The notes beneath the pieces were generated by a model. The model made no database searches. It had not been told where the DNA came from and saw nothing but the letters and a program-made list of their open reading frames with translations. Both the position numbers and the translations under genes were made by a program. This document shows positions 24,261 to 31,597 of a DNA stretch of 31,597 bases, piece by piece (position 1 is the first letter of the stretch; the number at the start of each line of letters is the position of its first letter). The stretch comes from Methylibium sp. (GTDB lineage Bacteria; Pseudomonadota; Gammaproteobacteria; Burkholderiales; Burkholderiaceae_C), in the NCBI GenBank assembly GCA_043718725.1, contig JAYSVE010000108.1:1-31597 (forward strand), read 5' to 3'.

Positions 24261-25216
24261 TGGACAAGCAGGGCGACAAGCCGGCGGACAGGCTGACCGA
24301 ACAAGCCCTGCTGCTCGGGTCGCGCAAGTCGCTGGTGGGGGTGATCACCCAGGCGGCGACAGCGGCGCGCCGCCCGGACGCGCCCTTCGTCGTGATCCTC
24401 AACGCCGGCATCATTCACCGTGTCGGGCCCAACCGCATGAATGTGACGCTCGCGCGCGTGCTGGCGGCGCACGGTTTCAGCGTGCTGCGCTTCGACCTGT
24501 CGGGGCTGGGCGACAGCGAGATGCGTGCCGACGGCCTGGCGCCGCTGGAAGCCAGCCTGGCCGACATCCGCGAGGTGCTCGACATGCTGCAGACCACGCG
24601 CAACGTGCAGCGGGTGGTGTTGGTGGGGCTGTGTTCCGGCGCCGACCACTCGGTGATTTACGCCGGCACCGACCCGCGCGTGGCCGGCGTGGTGCTGCTC
24701 GACCCGTCGATTCCCCGCACCGTGGGCTATTACCTTCGCCACTACAGCCGCCGCGTGATGAGCCTTCGAACCTGGCTCAGCGTCGTCAGCGGGGCCCACC
24801 CGGTTTGGCTGGCGTTGAAGCGCCGCGCGGCGTTGGTGCCAACCGAGCAAGACCCTGAACCGCACAGGCCGGCGATCGACGATCCGCGGGCGCGCGCGTT
24901 TCTTCAGAATGCCTATGGGAACGCGTTGAGCAACGGCGTGCGGTTCCTGGCGGTGTTGACGGCCGACGTGGAGTCGCGGCACAACCATTGCAAGCAACTG
25001 CTCGAGGCCTTTCCGCAACTCGATTTCGGGTCGCAATTGCGGCTGGAGTACTACGAGGACTCCGACCACACCTTCACATCAGAAACCAACCGGTCCCGTG
25101 TGATCGGATTGATCGAAGAGTGGATGCTGAACACCGCCTTCGCGCCGCCCGCCCGCGCGGCTCATCACGACAGCCCCACCGCGGCACCCGAAGACTCGCT
25201 TCACGACCACGCATGA
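24260..25216 (+). CDS. Alpha/beta-hydrolase-fold protein with GxCxG elbow (GLCSG) and DHTF His (resembles exosortase-system-associated 'hydrolase 1' type)
   Basis: The true start is probably the ATG at 24260 (TGATG overlap with the upstream gene). Motifs LNAGIIHRVGPNR, LRFDLSGLGDS, GLCSG (24626-24640), DSDHTF (His at 25067-25069). Confidence 0.88.
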   Translation: MDKQGDKPADRLTEQALLLGSRKSLVGVITQAATAARRPDAPFVVILNAGIIHRVGPNRMNVTLARVLAAHGFSVLRFDLSGLGDSEMRADGLAPLEASLADIREVLDMLQTTRNVQRVVLVGLCSGADHSVIYAGTDPRVAGVVLLDPSIPRTVGYYLRHYSRRVMSLRTWLSVVSGAHPVWLALKRRAALVPTEQDPEPHRPAIDDPRARAFLQNAYGNALSNGVRFLAVLTADVESRHNHCKQLLEAFPQLDFGSQLRLEYYEDSDHTFTSETNRSRVIGLIEEWMLNTAFAPPARAAHHDSPTAAPEDSLHDHA

Positions 25217-25395
25217 AGCTGCTCGTGCTGTCCGACCTGCAGCTGGAGTTCAGCGACCTCGCGCGGCCCGCCGGTCTGGACTTCGATGTCGCGGTGCTGG
25301 CCGGCGACATCGTCTGTCCGGGCTCCATGGCCATGGCGTGGACCGGCCGGCGACAAGCGCCGCGGCGCGCCGAGGCGGTGCTGCTGGGGAGGTAG
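25213..25395 (+). pseudogene. Truncated calcineurin-like metallophosphoesterase remnant (60 codons)
   Basis: MKLLVLSDLQLEF...DFDVAVLAGDI matches metallophosphoesterase motif I (DxH, here DLQ) and motif II (GD). The frame stops at TAG 25393-25395 before the GNHE motif, and I see no continuation in the other frames. ATGA overlap with the upstream gene. Confidence 0.72.
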
Positions 25396-25442
25396 GGTAG
25401 CGCGGCCGCGGACACGCCGGCCCTTCCCGGGCGCTGGCCGGT

Positions 25443-25457
25443 GCAGCCGAGGGCTGC
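25443..25457. other. Small GC-rich hairpin in the convergent intergenic gap
   Basis: GCAGCC-GAG-GGCTGC, 11 nt past the cofC stop. There is no U-tract, so a terminator role is unproven. Confidence 0.3.
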
Positions 25458-25468
25458 CGCGGAAATTC

Positions 25469-26059
25469 CTATCCGCACGCAATGCGTGCAAGGTGCTGCG
25501 GCAGGTCGAGGTCGAATGCAAGCCCGGGTGTTTCGATCGACAGGTGTTGCAGCCCCGATCGTCGGATGTGGTTCACGTGGCGGGCATAGCTGTGCGGGCC
25601 GAAGCTGAATGCGAATTCCAGCGACGTGTCCAAACACAGGCCGTTGGTGCCTTCTCCGGTCTCGTCGGGCGCGATACCAATGCACCGGGTCGTTGCCGCA
25701 TCGGCGAGGCGTCGCAGGTCGTCGACCCTCAATCGCGGAAGATCGCAGGGGACGACCAGCATGTGCGAGGCGTTGATGCGGCGCAGTTCCTGTTGTGCCT
25801 GGCGCAGTGCGCCGTTCAATCCGGCGCCCGATGTTTCTTCGAGGACCCGGGCACCGATTCTCGCCGCACAAGCGCGGCTCTCCGCGCAGCCGCTGACCAG
25901 CAGGGTTCGATCCAGGCCGGCAAACTCCGCGGCGCGCGCGAGGGTGCGCAGCAGCATCGATTCAAGCAGTTTGTGCCGTTGCCGCGGCTCGAGCGCGGAT
26001 GCCAGGCGGGTCTTGCCTTCGCGCATCGACTTCATCGGCAGCACCAGCCAGACGTTCAT
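25469..26059 (-). CDS. cofC: PEP/2-phospho-L-lactate guanylyltransferase CofC/FbiD
   Basis: PMKSMREGKTRL, VPCDLP, IAPDETGEGTN, FSFGPHSY..H, AFDLDLP; 196 aa; located in an F420 operon. Confidence 0.92.
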   Translation of the reverse strand: MNVWLVLPMKSMREGKTRLASALEPRQRHKLLESMLLRTLARAAEFAGLDRTLLVSGCAESRACAARIGARVLEETSGAGLNGALRQAQQELRRINASHMLVVPCDLPRLRVDDLRRLADAATTRCIGIAPDETGEGTNGLCLDTSLEFAFSFGPHSYARHVNHIRRSGLQHLSIETPGLAFDLDLPQHLARIACG

Positions 26060-27015
26060 ACGGCGGCGCGGGGGGTCGAAGTCAACCCGCGGCCGAAGTC
26101 GATGACTTCTCTGGCGAGGGTGGCGCGATCAGCGGGTTCACGCATCACGCTCGCCGTCACGAAACAACGGATTCCCGAGCGCTCGATCTCATCGGCGAGT
26201 GCCCCGTCTGCGTGATCCACGACCAAGGCATCGATCAGGCCTTCGTAGAACTGCGCGACCGTAAGCGACGACGGCTCGGTCCCGAGTTCGCGCATGATTT
26301 TCGCGGCGGGCCCCTTGATCGCCTGCCCGGCGACGATGGGCGACACCGCGATCACCGGCACGCGGCGGTTCAGCAGTGCGCCGCGCACGCCAGGCAGAGC
26401 GAGGATGGGCGCGATGCTCAGGTAGGGATTCGATGGACAGATGACCACGGCGCGCAGGCTGGCGTGCTCGAGCGCCGCGCGAAATGCGGGGGCGATGCTC
26501 GCGTCGGCGGCACCGGCGAACTCCAGTCGGGTCACCACCGGCTCGGCACGCCGGCGCACGAAATAGTCCTGAAAGCTGAGCACGCCCTCGTCGGTATGGA
26601 CACGCGTGGGCACGGGGCCATCACTCATGGGCACCAAGCGATGGCGGATTGCCAGGCTGTGGCACAACGCCTGGGTCACGCGGGACAAAGTTTCACCGTC
26701 GCGCAAGCGCAGCGTGCGCCGCACATGCGTGGCGAGATCACGATCACCGAGCCGGAACCAGGTTTCTCCTCCCAGAGCCTCGAGGTGCTCCATGAAGTTC
26801 CAGCTCTCTCCCGCGACGCCCCAGCCACGCATGGCATCGTTGATGCCGGCCAGCGTGTACATCACCGTGTCCAGGTCCGGCGAAATGTTCATGCCCAGAT
26901 GCTCGAAGTCGTCTCCGGTGTTGACGACGATCGTCAACTCGTTGGGGCCGAGCAGCTCGGCCAGGCCCTTGGCGAGTTTCGCACCGCCCACGCCGCCAGC
27001 CAGTGCGAGGATCAC
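26056..27015 (-). CDS. cofD: 2-phospho-L-lactate transferase CofD/FbiA
   Basis: True start is the GTG at 27015 (ILALAGGVGGAKL), overlapping the upstream stop. Motifs VNTGDD, ISPDLDTVMY, LGDRDLATH, PSNPYLSI, VSPIVAGQAIKGPA. Confidence 0.95.
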   Translation of the reverse strand: MILALAGGVGGAKLAKGLAELLGPNELTIVVNTGDDFEHLGMNISPDLDTVMYTLAGINDAMRGWGVAGESWNFMEHLEALGGETWFRLGDRDLATHVRRTLRLRDGETLSRVTQALCHSLAIRHRLVPMSDGPVPTRVHTDEGVLSFQDYFVRRRAEPVVTRLEFAGAADASIAPAFRAALEHASLRAVVICPSNPYLSIAPILALPGVRGALLNRRVPVIAVSPIVAGQAIKGPAAKIMRELGTEPSSLTVAQFYEGLIDALVVDHADGALADEIERSGIRCFVTASVMREPADRATLAREVIDFGRGLTSTPRAAV

Positions 27016-27668
27016 GCTTCGTCCTTCGCGTAACGCGTGACATCGCCCAGCCCACGGCGCCGATACGCCTTGCCCGAGTCGGCCGGGATCCCCAGCGTCA
27101 CCAGCGCCTGCGGCTCCCAGTCTTCGGGCAGCGCGAGCGCAGCCGACACCGCGTCCGGGCAGAACAAGGGCGCGCACATCCAGCATGCGCCCAGGCCTGC
27201 CGCGTGCGCAGCGAGCAACAGGTTGTGCGCCGCCATCGACGTGCCCTGCGTGGCCATCAAGCGTTCCGCCTCGTTGCGCCGGGCGTCGGCGTAATGGTCC
27301 ATGTCGGCCATGCTCATGCAGACGAGCACCAGCACCGGCGCGCCGGTGATTCGCGCGTGGGAGCGCGCCACATCGGTTTCAATGGCCGCGCTCGCGTCGC
27401 CGTCGCGGCGGCGATCGACGCGCAGCTCCGCTCCCATCGCGCGCGCCAGCGTTTCCTTTGTCGACGCCGTCGCGATCACCAGAAAGCGCCACGGTTGGCG
27501 GTTGTGCGCAGAGGGAGCCGTCACCGCGGCTTGCAGAAGGCAGGCGATCAACTCGGGCGCAAGTGGTTGCGCCACATAGCGGCGGATCGAGCGCCGCCCG
27601 GCCGCGAATTCGGCAAACCAGGCCAGGCCCATCTCGTCGCGCGCGGTGTGATGTTCGTGCGCACCCAT
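27012..27668 (-). CDS. Stand-alone nitroreductase-fold protein resembling the FbiB C-terminal domain (FbiE-like, putative dehydro-F420-0 reductase)
   Basis: RRSIRRY, APSAHNRQPWRF, RRDGD, AERLMA, LLLAAHAAGLGACW, LALPEDWEP; lies between cofE and cofD. Confidence 0.82.
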   Translation of the reverse strand: MGAHEHHTARDEMGLAWFAEFAAGRRSIRRYVAQPLAPELIACLLQAAVTAPSAHNRQPWRFLVIATASTKETLARAMGAELRVDRRRDGDASAAIETDVARSHARITGAPVLVLVCMSMADMDHYADARRNEAERLMATQGTSMAAHNLLLAAHAAGLGACWMCAPLFCPDAVSAALALPEDWEPQALVTLGIPADSGKAYRRRGLGDVTRYAKDEA

Positions 27669-27670
27669 GG

Positions 27671-28474
27671 TCAGCGGAACAGGTCCATGCGTTGGGGTCG
27701 GATCAAATCTGCCGCGCGCCCGTCTTGCGCCGCGCCCGCGAGGCCGCGGATCAGCACGACGGGCGTGCCTTCGTCGGCCTGGCCCATCACGAGCGACGCG
27801 GCGGCGGCGATTTCATCGGCCATGCCCACCTGCGTGATCAGCAGCGTGCGGCCGAACAGATCGGGCTTGCCGCGCAGATCGAGCAATGCCGGCAGCCCCG
27901 CCGTGCCGATGGCCACGCCGACCGTGCCGTTGCGCCAGGCGCGACCGTGGCTGTCGTTGATGATCACACCGATGTCCACGTTTGACTGTTGCCGCAGCGC
28001 TTCTCGGAGCTTGCGGCATTCGCCGTCGGGGTCGCGAGGCAGCAAGAGCGCCCGAGCATCCACGGCATTGCCCTCGACGTTGGAAAAGTCGATGCCGGCG
28101 TTGGCCATCACGAAACCCAGGCGATGCTCGACGATGATCACATCATGCCGCGCCCGCAGCACTTGCTTCGATTCGCGCAGCACCAGCTCGATGACGCGCG
28201 GGTCCTTGCCGACCACGCCGGACAACTCCAGCGCGCGCGGCGACGGCGTCACGGTCGCCAGGTCCACATGGCAGCCGGTGGCCTTGGACACAATCTTCTG
28301 CGCCAGCACGAGAACGTCGCCGCACCTGAGTTGCTCGCCCGAGTGCGCCAGCGCGGCGAGCACGATCGACGTCAGATCGTCGCCTTCTTGCACGAGCGGC
28401 ACGCCGTCAAGGGCGATCACGCGCAACTCTCGCTTGCGCGAGAACGTGGTCGTTGGCATGCCTTGTTCTGACAT
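27671..28474 (-). CDS. cofE: F420-0:gamma-glutamyl ligase CofE (start 28474 or 28459)
   Basis: VPLVQEGDDL, LAQKIVSKA, ANAGIDFSN, LLPRDPD, NDSHGRAWRNG, DLRGKPDLFGR, ADEIAAAASL, C-terminus RPQRMDLFR. The upstream part of the 623-aa track ORF is not coding. Confidence 0.94.
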   Translation of the reverse strand: MSEQGMPTTTFSRKRELRVIALDGVPLVQEGDDLTSIVLAALAHSGEQLRCGDVLVLAQKIVSKATGCHVDLATVTPSPRALELSGVVGKDPRVIELVLRESKQVLRARHDVIIVEHRLGFVMANAGIDFSNVEGNAVDARALLLPRDPDGECRKLREALRQQSNVDIGVIINDSHGRAWRNGTVGVAIGTAGLPALLDLRGKPDLFGRTLLITQVGMADEIAAAASLVMGQADEGTPVVLIRGLAGAAQDGRAADLIRPQRMDLFR

Positions 28475-28479
28475 GACGG

Positions 28480-29154
28480 TCAACGCTCGGGATCGATCTT
28501 CAGCCCGGTGATGCGAAGTCCCGCGCCGCCCGGAATCTTGTAGCGCGAGTTGATTGCGATCAACACCGACGTGAGCGCCTCGCTCGCCGCGGAATTGACG
28601 ATGGGCCCGGCGTGGATGCCGCGCAGGCCGATGTCGGCCGCGAGTTTGATCACCGCCTCGCGCGCCGGGATGTGGTCGCCGCACACCAGCACGTCGCAGT
28701 CCAGCTCGTGGTCGAGCTGCTGCAGCAGATGCGCCGCCACGTTCTGGAATGCCGACACGACTTGAACGGATGCGCCCAGCAAGGCCTGCACCGCCGCGAC
28801 GGCCGAGCCGCCGGCGGGGAGCTGGACACGGGCGACCTTCGGCGGCACGAGCGGCACGGTGGTATCGATCAGGATTTTTCCGGTCAGCGCCGCGCGCACT
28901 TCCTCGACCGTCGCAACCTGCGCCGCGTAGGGCACGCACAGCACGACGACTTGCGCCGCCGCCGCGGCAGCGTGGTAGCCGGCAGGCGTGGATGCCAGAC
29001 GACCCAGCCGTTGATTGATCTGCGCACACGCCCGCGCCGCCTTGTCCGCATGTCGCGAACCGATGATCACCGGGTAGCCAGCGCTCGCCCAGCGCAGTGC
29101 CAGCCCGCTGCCTTGTGCACCGGTACCGCCCAAAACCGCAATCGTCGCTTGCAT
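28480..29154 (-). CDS. npdG: F420H2:NADP+ oxidoreductase (NADPH-dependent F420 reductase)
   Basis: IAVLGGTGAQGSGLALRW, IIGSR, LCVPY, IDTTVPL, VSAFQNVAA, CDVLVCGD, LIAINSRYK; 224 aa from the ATG at 29154. Confidence 0.92.
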   Translation of the reverse strand: MQATIAVLGGTGAQGSGLALRWASAGYPVIIGSRHADKAARACAQINQRLGRLASTPAGYHAAAAAAQVVVLCVPYAAQVATVEEVRAALTGKILIDTTVPLVPPKVARVQLPAGGSAVAAVQALLGASVQVVSAFQNVAAHLLQQLDHELDCDVLVCGDHIPAREAVIKLAADIGLRGIHAGPIVNSAASEALTSVLIAINSRYKIPGGAGLRITGLKIDPER

Positions 29155-29174
29155 CGTTTGTGACCCCAGGCCAG

Positions 29175-30131
29175 TCAACCCGCCAAGGGCAGCACCGCGG
29201 CTGCGAAGCGCTCCATCGCAGCCAGCGACGCGGCAAGCGTGGGCCGCACGAAGTTGAACAGCAGATGCCGCACGCCGAGCGCGCGGAAGGCGCGGATGTC
29301 GTGTGCGACATCGTCGTCGCCGCCGGTGAACGCCTCGCGCTGCCCATCTTCGAGCGTGTTCGCGCGCCCTTCCCTGTACCAGGCTGCCCAGTAGGCGAGA
29401 TCGATGCTCGCCGGGTCGCGATTTGCAGCCGTGGCCTGCGCGTGCAGTTCGGAAAGCGCGCTGGCGTAACGCTGGGCGGTGTTGAGCGGAAACCGCGGGT
29501 TCGAGCCGATGGGGTACCAGGCATCGCCCAGCGCCACGACACGGCGCCGCGCCGCCGGGCTCTCGCCGCCGATCCACAGTGGCGGGTGCGGTTTTTGCAC
29601 CGGCTTGGGTTCGAACGCGATGTCTTTGAACTTCGCGTAGCTGCCGCAAAAGCGTGGGGCGGCTTCGGTCCAGAGCAGCTTGAACACGCGCAGGTATTCG
29701 TCGGTGACCTTGCCGCGCTCAGCGAAAGGCGGTACGCCGATGGCCTGAAACTCCTCTTCCATCCAGCCCGCGCCGCAGCCTACGGTCACGCGGCCTTGCG
29801 ACAACACGTCGATGGTGGCGAGCGCCTTGGCGGTGAACACCGGACTTCGGTGCGGGACGACCATCACCGAGGTGAGCAGGCGAATCTTCTGTGTCGCCGC
29901 GGCCAGATAGGCCATCAGCACGAGTTGCTCGAGGCAATCGCCGTCGGCGGCGCCGGCCATCTTTCGGTCTGCGCTGTACGGATAGGGCGAGTCGATCTTG
30001 TGCGGGATGACGATGTGGTCGGGAATGGCGATGTAGCTGAAACCAAGTTGTTCGCCGCGCTGGGCCATGGCGACGATGCTCTCGCCTGTTGCCAGTGCGC
30101 CGCGGGTGGGTATGCTGAAGCCGTAGTCCAT
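29175..30131 (-). CDS. Luciferase-like (LLM) class, probably F420-dependent, oxidoreductase (Rv2161c-like)
   Basis: True start is the ATG at 30131 (TGATG overlap with the fbiC stop). Motifs DHIVIP, YPY, AAATQKIRL, TAKALATIDVLSQGR, GAGWMEEEF, PKPVQKPHPPLWIGG. Confidence 0.9.
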   Translation of the reverse strand: MDYGFSIPTRGALATGESIVAMAQRGEQLGFSYIAIPDHIVIPHKIDSPYPYSADRKMAGAADGDCLEQLVLMAYLAAATQKIRLLTSVMVVPHRSPVFTAKALATIDVLSQGRVTVGCGAGWMEEEFQAIGVPPFAERGKVTDEYLRVFKLLWTEAAPRFCGSYAKFKDIAFEPKPVQKPHPPLWIGGESPAARRRVVALGDAWYPIGSNPRFPLNTAQRYASALSELHAQATAANRDPASIDLAYWAAWYREGRANTLEDGQREAFTGGDDDVAHDIRAFRALGVRHLLFNFVRPTLAASLAAMERFAAAVLPLAG

Positions 30132-31597
30132 CACGAGCTCGACAGCGCGACGGGTTGAATGCGCGCGCGTTTGCCCGCCGGCGGCAACACCATGGCGGTG
30201 AGCGGCTGCGCGGCGTACGAGCGCTCCCGTTGCGCGGCGGGCGCGGCACCGTACAGCGTGGTGCGCTGCTGCGGCACACGGCCGCAGGTGGCAATCAACT
30301 CGTCCATCTGCCGCGGCGGCATTTCCTGTCCGTGGCGGGTTCCCGCGGCGCGCGAAATGCTCTCGTTCATCAAGGTACCGCCCAGATCGTTGGCGCCGGC
30401 GCGCAGACAAGCGCTAACACCTTGCGCACCCATCTTCACCCACGACACCTGTATGTTCTCAATCACCGGGTGAAGCGCGAGCCTGGCGACCGCGTGCATC
30501 AACACGGTCTCGCGATAGGTGGGGCCCTTGCGCGCGAGGCCGCGCAAGTACATCGGCGCCTCCATGTGAACGAACGGCAGCGGCACGAACTCGGTGAAGC
30601 CGCCGCTGCGCGACTGCAGCGCGCGGATGCGGAGCAAGTGACGCGCCCAGTGCTCGTAGCGATCCACGTGCCCGAACATGATGGTCGCGGTGGTGCGAAA
30701 CCCGGCGCGGTGCGACGCCTCGATCACTTGCAGCCACGCCTGGGTGTTCAGCTTGTCGGGGCAGATGATCCGGCGCACGTCATCGTCGAGAATTTCCGCG
30801 GCGGTGCCGGGCAAGGTGCCCAGGCCTGCGTCGCGCAGGCGCAGCATGAACTCGTCGACCGACAGGTCGAGCGTTTGCGCGCCGTGCCACACCTCCAGCG
30901 GGGAAAACGCGTGCACGTGCATGGCGGGTACCGCGCTCTTCACGGCGCGGCACAGGGCCAGATAGGTCTCACCCGAGTAGTCGGGGTGGATTCCACCTTG
31001 CATGCACACCTCGGTCGCGCCGCGCTGCCACGCTTCTTCGGTGCGCCGCACCACTTCGTCCAGGCCGAGGTCATAAGGGGTGCCGCGCAGGCTGTCGTGC
31101 CCCTTGCCTTTGGAGAAGGCACAAAAATGGCAGCGGAACGAACAGACGTTGGTGTAGTTGATGTTGCGGTTCACCACGTAGCGCACCGTGTCGCCCACGG
31201 TACGGCGGCGCAAGTCATCGGCCGCGGCACACACCGCGTCGAACTGTGCGCCGCGCGCTTCAAACAGCGTCACGATGTCGCGCTCGCTCAGCCCGCCTCC
31301 TGCGCAGGCCGCACCCAGGACGCGGTCCAGATTCGCGCTTGGGTGACGCGACCTTGTCGTCGCGCAGTCCGGCGCCAGCGGCACCGGCCCCGCCTGACCC
31401 GGAGACCAGTCGTCGTTGCGCGCGAAGCCCTGCGCATCGACCGCACGCAACACGCGCGGGGCAAGCGTCGCGTCCTGCCAAGTTGCAACGTCTGTGCAAA
31501 ACGAAGGGTAGACGGCAAGGCGTTCGACGAGCACCTTGCCGGATTCTTCGGTGTTCATGCGCAACTTCGCTATTTCCGGCCACGGCATTTCGGGGTT
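30131..31597 (-). CDS. fbiC: Bifunctional FO synthase FbiC (end of CofG domain, linker and complete CofH domain); 5' part outside the window
   Basis: Frame is open to the window edge: NPEMPWP and ERLAVYP (CofG C-terminus), then NRNINYTNVCSFRCHFCAF (CxxxCxxC), EVCMQGG, LPGTAAEIL, GGFTEFVPLPF, NDLGGTLMNESISRAAG (CofH). Confidence 0.94.
   Translation of the reverse strand, partial: NPEMPWPEIAKLRMNTEESGKVLVERLAVYPSFCTDVATWQDATLAPRVLRAVDAQGFARNDDWSPGQAGPVPLAPDCATTRSRHPSANLDRVLGAACAGGGLSERDIVTLFEARGAQFDAVCAAADDLRRRTVGDTVRYVVNRNINYTNVCSFRCHFCAFSKGKGHDSLRGTPYDLGLDEVVRRTEEAWQRGATEVCMQGGIHPDYSGETYLALCRAVKSAVPAMHVHAFSPLEVWHGAQTLDLSVDEFMLRLRDAGLGTLPGTAAEILDDDVRRIICPDKLNTQAWLQVIEASHRAGFRTTATIMFGHVDRYEHWARHLLRIRALQSRSGGFTEFVPLPFVHMEAPMYLRGLARKGPTYRETVLMHAVARLALHPVIENIQVSWVKMGAQGVSACLRAGANDLGGTLMNESISRAAGTRHGQEMPPRQMDELIATCGRVPQQRTTLYGAAPAAQRERSYAAQPLTAMVLPPAGKRARIQPVALSSS

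Noticed and set aside
25396-25468. Possible bidirectional intrinsic terminator between the convergent operons
   Set aside because: Short GC stems exist but there is no U-tract on either strand, and such stems are common at this GC content.
27671-29542. 623-aa track ORF suggesting a large CofE fusion; similar N-terminal extensions on the npdG, LLM, cofD, hydrolase and PKS3 ORFs
   Set aside because: The extensions are low-information Arg/Ala/Pro-rich sequence overlapping real upstream genes in other frames. Family homology begins at the internal starts given in the features.
25469-31597. Impression of lower GC in the F420 block than in the PKS genes, suggesting horizontal transfer
   Set aside because: This rests only on spot inspection of a few lines and needs a sliding-window GC/GC3 calculation before it can be claimed.

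Overview
High-GC bacterial window containing two convergent, tightly coupled gene blocks. The + strand (1-25395) carries the downstream part of a cis-AT type I PKS/NRPS hybrid cluster: a 5'-truncated PKS (pseudoKR-ER-KR-ACP), a PKS (KS-AT-DH-cMT-KR-ACP), an EamA/DMT transporter, a PKS (KS-AT-DH-ER-KR-ACP), a bimodular NRPS (docking-C-A[Gly]-PCP-C-A[Gly]-PCP) with no thioesterase or reductase, two translationally coupled alpha/beta-hydrolases (GLRLG pseudo-enzyme and GLCSG Cys-nucleophile enzyme), and a 60-codon metallophosphoesterase remnant. The - strand (25469-31597) carries an apparently complete coenzyme F420 locus: fbiC (5'-truncated by the window edge), an LLM-class oxidoreductase, npdG, cofE, a stand-alone FbiB-C-terminal-like nitroreductase, cofD and cofC. 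The most interesting candidate system is the TE-less assembly line predicted to end in polyketide-acyl-Gly-Gly and apparently handed to a pair of hydrolases resembling those of exosortase/EPS loci, which may act as a release or transacylation device. Non-canonical active-site motifs (KR Tyr->His, AT LAAH, C-domain DHxxxDGxS) add interest. All calls come from motif reading by eye; no searches were run and the host taxon cannot be fixed from the sequence.
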